Part shown: positions 25,779-36,998 of the stretch, piece by piece
How the letters are laid out: every line of letters starts with the position of its first letter
Position numbering within the stretch: position 1 is the stretch's first letter
Assembly (NCBI GenBank): GCA_010093705.1
Contig: MU006096.1
Coordinates: 704,004-768,003, forward strand
From: Patellaria atrata CBS 101060
Taxonomy: Eukaryota
Length of the DNA stretch: 64,000 nucleotides
Direction of reading: 5' to 3'
The notes under the pieces: model-generated
What the model was told of the DNA's origin: nothing
What the model saw: only the letters and a program-made list of their open reading frames with translations
The model's database searches: none
Made by a program: the position numbers and the translations under genes

Positions 25779-26432
25779 TTGAGGTGGAGGTTGTGGGAGA
25801 GAGGCGTTGGATGGTATGTAGGTCCGACGAAAGGGTGGATGGCGTATAATGTAGAGGTGGAATAATGTCCTGTGTATTGAGGTATGAGTAGGTGCTAAAT
25901 AGTACAGTACCTGCTGCTGCGTTGGTTGATGTGAGTTGGTTAGTTTCTCAGAATTGAGGAGGATGGTAATATGAAGAGGGAATGTAGTATATTTGACTCC
26001 TATACTCCTACCTATCGAGCTACCTTAAGTACTGAACTGGGTAACCGTTTTCGTGGGTGAAGGTGGAGAGGAAGGTGCAGGGCCGTATCAGGGTCCGGTT
26101 GTACTTGCCTAAACAGGAATGGTAGGTGATTGGAGTGGTCGGAATAATCTTTTCCCCAAGTGAACTTGCGTTCTACTCCATCATCATTTCAGGGAGCACC
26201 AAAGCATGTCGAAAACACTTTATAAAAACGAAGAGTTGGAGATAAAATTTACCTCTATTGATCGAAGCTAATCCGGCTAGATGAGCCCTCGAGGAGGACA
26301 GGCATCCAGCAATGCTTCTGGCAGTGATGAAGACTACAATACATGTAAGAGCTATCCCTATAGCTCCCTGATACGCCAAACGGAACCCACGATCGATTCG
26401 CAGTCATTCCTCGGCGGAATGTAGTCAAACTT

Positions 26433-27276
26433 CTATTCGGCGTCCTTCTTCTTGGACTTCTTGGAGCTCGACGGAGCACCTTCCTTCTTCTGGTGCACAA
26501 TGAAGCGAGTGTAGCATTCGTCCTTATCCCACTCGAAACCTGCGAGGATTGGGTTGTCGAGTTCGTCATCGGCCTATTCAAGATAAGAACTTGGCAACCA
26601 AGAGCATGGAACACAATGGGCAAACAATAGCAACATAACATTAAGAGAAGGCAATTCGATGCTTGACAGGATGGAAGTAAAATACCTTCTTCTTAAACTG
26701 CTTGTAGATTGCATCTAATGCATCCTTGATTGTGACTCCCTTCAAGTTCCGTGCAGTGACTTCTAGTCCTAGCGGGAAGTGCAGGTCGATCTTCTTGACA
26801 GGAGGATTGCAAAGGAACTTCTTTAGAGTATCTGGTTCGCCCAGCGATGCAGGAGATGTGTTCAGCTTCCTACAATACATTCATCAGCTCGGGTTATCCA
26901 AAAGGATTCAAAACCAGATGTAGGTCGCGTGAGCTCAATTGGAAGCAGTCTTAAGACCAAACACGAACTGAATTTGATTATAGAAGTATGATTGTTGACT
27001 TACCAGTTCAGTTTCTGCGTTTCCGGTGCTATTTTAATTTCCTTCCCTTCCTTTTCTGTTCACAGTCATCAGTTTCTCTTCTCGACCAATTTTGTTCAGT
27101 AGGAGAGAGTCATGTCAAGTGAAGAAGAGATGATACTAACCTAAGTCATTGATGTTGAACACTCCCGTCACACTGCTGCTCGTCCGGCGATGGCCGATCT
27201 TCTTCTCGGTAGGGGAGGTAGAGAGAGTGTCTTCGACAGCTGAGTCGACCTTTGAAAGGGGTACTGGAGTAGCCAT
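26433..27276 (-). CDS. Conserved fungal hypothetical protein, 4 exons
   Basis: MATPVPLSKVDSAV...VFNINDL|EKEGKEIKIAPETQKLNW|KLNTSP...IDLHFPLGLEVTARNLKGVTIKDALDAIYKQFKKK|ADDELDNPILAGFEWD...KKDAE*; clean GT-AG introns. Confidence 0.85.
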
Positions 27277-27643
27277 AATGAACGAGTTGATTTTGATTGT
27301 TAGAATGTACTTGTTTGAGCTACACGCCAAGTGAGATCTGGTTGAGATGTGAATTGATAGCCCTTCTAAAGTATGAAGAGTTGCTAAAGTGTGGTAGATC
27401 AGGAACAAGAGGAGGTGGTGTGAGAGCAAGAGAGAGAGAAGAAGGGGAAATGCATGCGGGGTTTGAGGGGATCATACGAAGCTCCCAAGGGTCCAAGCAA
27501 TCCATGGCTTCATTCAGGCATAAGAGAGTCACCTGCCCCTCCGTCACCGTCCTTGGTCGTTCGAACAGCGATGATTACGATGATTACGATGGTAACATAA
27601 TACAGCTGTCCGAATAGGGTCAAGCGCCAGCCATGTTATCATC

Positions 27644-27744
27644 TGATTGGTGCATCGGTTGCTGTGCTCGTTTGCGGGGAAAGCTGAATCGTTCCTTCCT
27701 GGAGGGCAACTGGTCACGCCTGCCAATCACGGAGAATGCGGGGA
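27644..27744. promoter_or_regulatory. Candidate promoter module: two CCAAT boxes and two CreA-type GCGGGG sites
   Basis: TGATTGG 27644-27650, CCAATCA 27723-27729, GCGGGGA 27674-27680 and 27738-27744; 370-470 bp upstream of the 27276 ATG; motif match only. Confidence 0.3.
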
Positions 27745-28468
27745 AGCACCAACAGGTGGTCACAGCTTCATTCCGGAGGGCAACAACCAACAAGGTGCAA
27801 CTTCCCTCTGAGTTCCTTTCTCATCCATACCTTAGATGTACTACCGTCATGTCACCTGACTCTTCCATCCTTAAGGTACAGTATCATTTGTACAGTACAA
27901 GGTACCTGACCTGTCATTCACTGTTTTGTACAGTACGGGAAGTATTGTTGCACTCGTCGTCTGCTATTCCAACCATGTACTGTACGATCCCTTAATCCCG
28001 AGAAACAGAGAACATGAAAATGAAAAAGAAAAAAAATAAATAAATAAAAAGGGCCCGAAACATGGACAAAACGAGATTCAACTATAGTTCAAACGGTAGG
28101 ATTCAAGATTGTTATCCCTCATGGAGTGCGGATACACTTATCTCTCATGTATTTCAATTTTCACCGAATCAAGGGGACAGTACTTCAGAGTAGCTATAAT
28201 GATGAAGTAGCACTGAGTGAAAGAGGTGGAAGTAACAGCAAACAAACATTGTATACAACCTCTTTCACCAAGTCCTCGGCAAAGAAAATGATAGGTCTCT
28301 CCATGGCTACTGTCTTGCCCATAACCTCAATCACTTTTCTCATGTCGAGTTTTTCCGTCAGCCTTCTCATACTCATCGTCTTTCTTCTCTATCAGCGCGG
28401 TAATTGTATCTATCACTTCCTTTTCCTTCATCACACAAGGAATTCTTTTTCTAAACCGACCTCTTGAT

Positions 28469-30002
28469 ATAGCCTTGCAGTGTCAATAGGGCGTGGACAC
28501 CACAGTCAATTCCGCTTTAGGGTTAAGTCGAGGTCTCTTAAGAGCAGCTACCTCAGACAACGTCCAAAGTCTGGCGATCGAGGCATATAAGCATCTGGGC
28601 AATTTTATCGCTATATGCCAAAGGACTTGTGAAATAGTGGAACGTACTGTTCCGCCCACACCTCCACACGCCGTGCTGGACTTCATAAGTTTTACTGTAG
28701 GATTCTCTCGTGACGACAGCGCGTCTTACCTAGGCCGAAACCAAGCTGGAACTAAGTTCCTTGGGCTTGCATCTGCTCTTCTCACAGTAGGCGGGCCTTT
28801 CGGATGCTGAACGATACTTCACAACTTGCTCAACAATCCGATTTGCGATCAAACATTGATACCCACCATGCGGAACCTCGAACTCCTTCTCCGTGCAATA
28901 GCACCAAGGTGTAGCTGCGCTGGATTTGGAGACTGTGACAAAATGGCAGAAGGTCCTATCCCAGCTCTTAGCGCCGCACAAACTTACATTGTCAACATCA
29001 CTTCCTGGTAATCCTGGAATCAGCAGCCTAATAGAAGAGTTCGGTAAGATGAACAGATTAGCTAAGCTTCTATGACGGGTATAACCATCAGAACGAGCGA
29101 AGGTATCGCATGGATAGCAGCGTTCACCAAGTGGTGCCTGGGAATTGCTCCGTCGATTTATCTACCAAATGGGACGGCTCTGCTACCGCAGAAGGAATCT
29201 ACAGTATTAATCACTATAAGGGACGAGTTAGACTTCGAGCTTCTTGTCCACCACCGGTTGAGCAATCTTACCGGACTTTTCGAGCCAGAAATATGGATGT
29301 CCGATCGATATGTTGTAAAACGTGGCCACATTGACACGAATGAATGGGTCAGCTAAGTCTCTATTGGGAGCCACGGTAGATATTCTCTTCTTTCGCACAA
29401 TCTAGGTTCCAGGATAGGTTTCGAAGCCGCAAAAGAAGCTCTTCAATATCTCCTTTCTCTATACATTACAGCGTTCAAATGTTCGTCCGGAACTTTGGAA
29501 TCTATATCTGACATCTATAATCATCTATGGGCGCAGGTTATTCCAAGAGCAGACTCTCCATTGAACCAGCCAGCAAAGGTGATAGCAGGTTTATGTCGCT
29601 CTTCATCAGGTGCTGCGCCTCTAAACCCATGGGTATCCAACAAGAATATTTCCCTCGTCCTTATCCTGTCTTAGATTTAGACGATGCAGAATTGTCGTTG
29701 ATAACGGTTTACCATTGTTTGATCGTCCATCTGTTCGAGCATATTTTGAAGATATTACGCAAAATTGCAATTGCAAGCAGTGCTCGCCTGCCGGCTCAAA
29801 CCCCAATAGCGGAATCTTTTGCCCAAAAGAGTACTTCCGCTTTGATATTCGGAAAATGACTCTGAATATTGCCGGCCTCGCGCTATTCCGGACTCCGCAG
29901 CATATTATTGTTCAACTGGGTAACCATGGATCAAGGAGTGACGAGTATACTTCGACCTATCCAGGGAGACTAGGACTTCTCACGCGTCTCCCCAATTTTT
30001 GA
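28469..30002 (+). pseudogene. Degraded gene of an uncharacterised ascomycete protein family
   Basis: Fragments ATA(M)ALQCQ*GVDTTVNSALGLSRGLLRAATSDNVQSLAI..., WIAAFTKWCLGIAPSIYL..., CNCKQCS...FCPK in shifting frames; start ATG>ATA and TGG>TAG inferred; 3' end uncertain. Confidence 0.72.
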
Positions 30003-31711
30003 AATGATCCTTCCCGATTCATATCCACATATCCCAATCAGTACCCATCAATCAAAATACCAGTCAAAAGCATGATCCTTTGCGCTGGCGACATAATACT
30101 TTGCGGGATTCTAGAAAGATTTCCTTCGATAGAATGGACGGTAACCGGCATCTTCTGGTTCGTACATTCTGCAACTTTGATCTGAAAGGAGTTTAAGTGG
30201 TCCTAGGGAGGAAGGCCTAGATGTCATGCTGTATATAAGCTGTGTAGAGAAACTCTACGTCACACACTTATATGGTGATTCACTGAATGTTTTCCTCACT
30301 AGTGCATTCCTCACTCACCGCATGCTCATTCTCAGAAAGTTGTCCAACTTTACTGTACCGAGGGAGCTATAACGAATGCAGGATTTCTAACTACATTTAA
30401 GCTCTAATATACACCCGTTCCTAATATCGAAAAATCGAAACTTATACATATCGTCCTAGTCATACCTAGGAGTGGAACGTATTGACAGTGGAAGTGGCTG
30501 GTGCTGTACAGATATTTCTATTCCAGTAGTTGTACCGCACGCGTACATAAATCGAGGAGTACCAACTATGAAAGGGACGGAATGGCAATTCTCGATCAAG
30601 AGACGACTTACACGCGGTATTATCTAGGTGGCTATAAGAAACTATATTAGTAGCACTCTACTATGATCGGTCGACGTATTTTATGGTATAGGTTAGGTAT
30701 TCGTTTTGAAAGATAGGGGTTTTCTTGATATCCTCGTTATAGCTTCACTCGAGTATCTAATGTTCAATACTGCGAATGATATCGATCTAATAATTTCTCT
30801 CCTTCGGAGAAAATGCGTTGTAGAGTGCTATACAGAGATGTATGGGGATTCCGGCATCATACATTCATTCTTCGAATAACAATAGCACGGCAGTGTTCAA
30901 GTTTCTTTTCACTTCTATGGGCTCCATACATTTCACCGCAAGCGTTTCGATTATAACACCATATAACCACGAAACACATCTCAGTCATATCGCGGCATCA
31001 ACGCTTCGAGATCCTAAGTAGCATAAGATACAAATCCCCCCTTCCTCGCCCACGGTAGGAAATACGGTTCCTCTCAAACTAACCCTCCAACTTTCCGTTT
31101 AAAACATCCAAAAGTATACGGAGGGCCCGTAACTATATACGCCTGCAACTAGCAAAACTACTTACTCTATCATACTCTTCCTCTAACCCATCCTTCCTAC
31201 CCCTTTACACCAGTATCAAACCTACAAAAGTGGCTCCAACCGTACCCAGCCCCACTCCGTACAGATAACGGAACCAGTTCCTACCACACACTTCTCCCTA
31301 TGTCAGTAAGTGTACAGTACAGTATCGTACAGAACTTAGGAATCCGCAGCGACAGGAGCCGTAAATAGTTTAGGGGGTGCTTGCCCAGGTCCAACGGTCT
31401 GGTACCGCTTTCACCGCTTGTGGACTGGTTTGGTCACTGTACGCTCACTCAAGGGTGTATCCGACTCTAGTGTACGAGATAGGGGAGAGTGTACCGGGGA
31501 TTTTGATAAGAGATACAACTTGGGATATATATTTGCTGGAGTATGGGTGTTTTTAAAGGAGGAGCGTATTTTGTTGTACAGCGAAGGCGATATGGATGAA
31601 CGGGGCTCCGATCGTACCGTTTGTCCGACCGTACATATGACAGAGACCGATGATACGGCGGGATCAACAGCAAGTCAATGATTCTTGGGGGTAGTGTACT
31701 GAGATTGCGAA

Positions 31712-31883
31712 TGTCACGGGTTAGACCCGATAGGTATAAGTGCCTTGGATGATCCAGCGGCTTAGTCATACTGTACTTTAGTGGAAGAGCATAGCTATCT
31801 CAACACTTTCTTTCCTTAAGTTTGAGCTTCATGTACATATAACAATATACCTTTCAGCTTTCATCTGAGGTTGAGCCATGACA
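31712..31883 (+). mobile_element. Solo LTR, copy 1 (172 bp)
   Basis: TGTCACGG...CCATGACA termini; perfect 5-bp TSD GCGAA (31707-31711, 31884-31888); internal TATAAG and AATATA; related to 36828-36998. Confidence 0.92.
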
Positions 31884-32175
31884 GCGAATGCTAGATTTCG
31901 ATACAACCCCCTTTTACCCCTGAAATATCCGTTCTGGTACTGAGTCTCCAAAATTTAGAGCGTATTTCTTATGCAGTGATAAAGGAGAAAATGCTAGGAA
32001 ATATTATTACACTCTAGAATTAAGAACATTGTGAATATCCATCATTAGTCGATGCGGTTACAAAGAAATTACCAAATATATCTGCACAGTACCCTCTACT
32101 ACCCGTGAATCGCTGCTAGAGTTGATATCAACCACCAGAAATGACGTAATTGCTGTCCAGATAATCCAATATATG

Positions 32176-32435
32176 ACCGATATCTCAATGGTTCGCTGCC
32201 ACATCACAATGTTCGCTGACGAGACTCTGACGCAATAGGGTAATACTAAGACGGTCAATCCACACGCACCTCAGGCTATTGTTTGAGAGTTGCAAGCCCT
32301 GCCCAAATCTCACCGATATCTCATTGATTCACTTCCACGCCACAATGTTCGCTGACGAAACTCCGAAACAATGGGGTAATACTAAGATGTTCAATCCACA
32401 CGCACCTCAGGCTATGTTATGGGAGTGGAGACCCT
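32176..32435 (+). repeat. Diverged tandem duplication, period ~136 bp
   Basis: accgatatctca...cacaatgttcgctgacga...gtaatactaaga...tcaatccacacgcacctcaggctat starting at 32176 and 32312. Confidence 0.88.
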
Positions 32436-35400
32436 TGCGGTATACTGTGACATGTCAGCCGGTGGAGATCTACGTAATCATTGTTCTCCCTTCTACATGT
32501 CTAGAGGATAATGGAAGTTCCGATATATCATCATCCAAACTGTATCCGCTAGAGAGTAATTTGTACTAAGATGAATACCAACTTATTCTCGGTACTAACG
32601 TTCCTCACAAAATCATTGCAACCTCAATTTCAGCTAACTGAATATTTCTCCAAGATGCAAGTTTGTTTCCAACACGTAGGACCATAAGACTTGTTGTCGG
32701 AAGATATACGATCTTTGTCAATGAGAAGAATCTGGGGAAAATGACCGGCTCATTTCTTTGTTCCGATACAACGGAGGAGTAGATGTAGCCGCTAGGTGCG
32801 CCTGATTATATATGAATAGGATAGTATGGTGGTCTCCAAGCTTCTGGGGATTTCCAAGATCGGCGCCGGAACGCGTGTAGATTTTCGAATACACTTACCA
32901 GACAATGGCGTGAAGAGACAATATTCTAATCCGGAGCTTCTCTTGAAGATCGTGGTCCGGTTTCCATGTCTATGGAAATTTTTGCAAAGGCGCGGTAGAG
33001 TCTGTCAATTATGTTCATGGTAATGACTCAGTACGAATTGATGAGCGAGAGTGCTGAATGCTTACGTTTCATCGTACTAATGACCGGATTTTGGGGAGGA
33101 TGGAGAGTGTATTTCAATATCTTTGTAGTTCCTCCCCAATGAGCGAGAAACCTCCATGTAACCAAGAATATTGGGTCATCAGTTCCGAGGGCTCCACAAT
33201 CTGTATGAGGGCAATTTGCGGATATAAAAGCATGGTTGCATTTATATCCACTCTGTATCTCCCGCGATATTCTTCTTAAAAGGTGGGAAATGGTTGATAC
33301 AATCCGGAAAGGTACCAAATATACACTGTTGAGAAGTACTTCTCCGCCAACGATGGCAAATTTAGCTTGTTGATCCGTAATCGAATATCATATAAGTTCA
33401 TATAGTCGTGGAGACTATAGCCGCAAGCAGGTCAGAATAATCTACTAGATACTTTGCAACACGATGTACTTCGTCTGCGCAAAGTCGTCCACACGCAACA
33501 GGCATATTCAGATATTTGAAACCCTTTCGACCTTCAGAACCACGTAAAGTAAAGAGAGCTAAATAGACCACTCTATCTTTTGTCAGCCGTTACGATTATC
33601 CAAATACTCGGTCAATATCCCGCAAGCACGACACCCGAGAATGCCAATTCAGGCAGGGAGGAAAAGGGGCTTATCACTTCGCGGAAAGCATGGTCAAAGA
33701 ATTAAATCACTCCCGAAAATAAGCGCTTCAGCTCCCACAATTCCGAAAGGAATGGATCCATGTAGTCCTGTGGCAGAGGTGGTTACTTTTGTGGCCACGG
33801 AGGCCAATCAGGGGGAACACTGGTCGTAGTTCCTCTTACCCGCCCTCGGAAACTTGCAACAGAAACACATAACAACAAGCAACGCGTGATGTACCTCGTC
33901 ATCTCCTTTGTATGGTTCTTACAGGATAAGTCGGTCTACAAATCCCTAGTAAAGGTGTCCACGGCGCCTTGATGAGGTTACCATATTAATATAGTCGATA
34001 AAAGCCTACTTATAAACTTCCGAATTGTCGTTTGGGTAAACTTGACGATCATTATACAGCTATCGATCATCTATCATCTCATGATTATTCACTATTCGGA
34101 TATGTGAGAGTCCAAATGAAAGTGTATCCCTCCGCAAGCAGATATGGGACAACGACAGCCAGCAAGGGAGATTGAATGATGATACACTTTGTGAAAGAAT
34201 CGCAGGAATATTTCGCGTTGCGTCATGTACTTTCGATTCGAAGTCTTGCTGAATGAAAATTTTGTTTCGTTGATTTGTCCTGAATAGTTGTGTCAATCGA
34301 TGTCTTCATCCCTATCTTTTTGCGATGGACTGGTCTATTTCAGATTAATAAGTTGAACCATACTCGTTACCGGACGGATCTTTTCACCGAAATAGAGGTA
34401 GTGTTATTTTGATTGTACGTTTCATTATTGCGCGCACAGCGGTATGCTTCAGCAAATATCTCATAGACGTGTCGCAAATTTCTGAGATGCTGAGCGTCTT
34501 TAATATCTGGAATAGACTTCTAGCACAGTAAAATTGAACACAATTGGCCATGTGCGGAGAATATTCTTCAATATCCTCATGTATTAAAACACTGGGTGGG
34601 GATACTCCTATTCTACGTAGGACTCATCGTAGAACGAGTATAAATCCGGGGGTTGACAACCCGACCGGAGAAAAGGCTAGACAGAGGATTACTTTCTCGC
34701 AATGAATGCTTGTTCATGGTATATATCCCGACTGTGGATCTCCATAGGACAGTAGGAATAAGCATTCAGATCTAGAGTGTCGCCGAAACTCCCAAGAATT
34801 TCGTAACACGGTCATTGTGGCATTGTAGCGGCTCTTGACGAGGAGATCTTGAGGATTAATCTCCACGAGCTACCGCTGGTGACCCGAATTCAGGGATTGG
34901 CTATAGATTAATGGTAGCAAATATTCACCATGTTATAAGTTCTGAAATGTTTTTTACGGGGGTAGTGTAGGTCCATAGGTTCGTTAAAGCCGAATGATGT
35001 GTGATAAACGGCCGTTGAATCACTCCAAAGCAAGGTGTTTCGGACGAGTGTCATTCGCGTTTTTCCATGTTATGACATCCCTTAGAGTAGGGACATTGGA
35101 GGGAAAATAGGAAGCAATATGAATAAGTCCCACATCCTCGAAAATTGTTGCTGTTGCTTCGCACATTATCATCCCCCCTGACGGTTGATATCATTCCGTT
35201 TCTATACGCTTGTCGAGCGACTACTGTGACGCTGGTAATTCTGGAACATTCACTAATCCAATTTTTCAACGGTCAAGTCTTACGGATGGAAACGTCATTC
35301 GACTGTTTTCGGGTTTCCTATACAAGATAAGAGGACTATCCTAGGAGCAAGTGCGTATCAGGGGAGGAATATCACAACGAGAAAAAGATGGACTGAGGAT

Positions 35401-36827
35401 TGGTAAGATGGACACACCACCAAATGGACCGTTTGCAACTATTTTAATTCTAAAAAGAGGAGATTAGATGAAGAATAATGAGTACTGCGCGATATTCGAC
35501 CTGCTGAAGGAATATTCCCTTGGTATGACCGCTCCCTCCAGGAACGACGATGATAGACGTCAACGACTGCCCGGGAACGTTCCGTTAGTGTAATTAGGGG
35601 AGGGAACTCTGGACCTAATAGAGTATCGATACCAAGAGGGACAATCGCTTCTGAAGGTGTTGTGCTTCCACGGAAGTCCATGCGGCCGACAAGGCGTTAT
35701 GTTTACGAACCCGCCCAACAGGCCTTTGCTTATTCAAAGTCTTATCCTGAAACAGATGTAGATTCAAAGTGTACTCCTGGGCCAGTGGGCAAACCAGATC
35801 CAGGCGTATAGATATATTACAACAACATAACGCAATGAAGGAGGATAATCGCACAAGAAATCAACTGGAATGATCAATAAAGTCAGTATAAGCTCAGAAT
35901 TCCCAACCAAAATGTTTTGTCCCTCTGTCCGGAAGACATGGTTGGTTCTCCATTATCTCGCGGGAACCATTGCACCTTAAACTTTGGGGTGAAAGCGGAA
36001 AGGGTCTAAATCCTACGAGCCCGACTGTTCCAAGAGAATGAAGGATTCATATCCTTAGAAACAAAGTTCTATGTTTAAGGAACATTCCCCAATATGTATC
36101 TGTAAAGACGTAGATTTATTTGGGTATGGGCTACTGCGAACAGCTGTGATTAAAATAGGGGTTGCACAACCGCACAATCAGCGCTGGTAGTGTATGAGTC
36201 CTTAGAGTTCTTTGCTGAGCTTTTATTTGCAGAAAGCTGTGCGGAGGGAACCATTCTGCCCAATTACTATATTCTCATGGAGAGTTGGGTAGATAACCGA
36301 ACCACGAGCAAGAATAGCTAAGACGAAGAAACTCGCAACAGCGAAATACCCCTTTTCGAACCTTAGACCTCGTAGGTTTAATTCGAAAGATAACCGTAGA
36401 ATGAAATCTCTAGAAAGACGGACACCTCTGCGTTATGGTCCTTTCCAAGTTGATTATCAAGTAAGATAATCCCTCGAACGTGGACATTAGCAATAAGCCC
36501 CTACCTCCTCTGGCAAGAGAAGTGCTAGTTCTGCTCCGATTTTCCCCACAGCCTACCGAGTAATAGACTTTGTAAGATGTATAAAGTAGCTGGGATCAAG
36601 GAACTAGAGGCACAGTGATACCCATTTGAATTAAGGAACCAGTAGTATGCCGAAGGTCGCGACGGAATAGTGAGGTTTTGAAGTCTTCCGTCTCGCCAAT
36701 GACAGCCGGAGTCTTCATGTTGTTTCTCTTCTTCAGAGGTCCTGCGCACATATCTCCCACTTTTACATGTTATCCACCCAAAAAACGGAACTTGGAATGC
36801 TTACGGAAAACCAACGCGGTGACCAGT

Positions 36828-36998
36828 TGTCACGGGTTAGACCCGATAGGTATAAGTTCCTTGGATGATCCAGCGTCTTAGTCATACTGTACTTTAGTAG
36901 AACAGCAGACTGTCTCAACACTTTCTTTCATTATGTTTAAGCTTCATGTACATATAGCAATATACCTTTCAGCTTTCATCTGAGGTTGAGCCATGATA
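36828..36998 (+). mobile_element. Solo LTR, copy 2 (171 bp)
   Basis: TGTCACGG...CCATGATA (terminal CA>TA); TSD CCAGT/TCAGT; about a dozen differences from copy 1 by eye. Confidence 0.9.

Noticed and set aside
31712..36998. Single full-length LTR retrotransposon
   Set aside because: Each LTR has its own TSD, and no gag/pol motifs are visible between them
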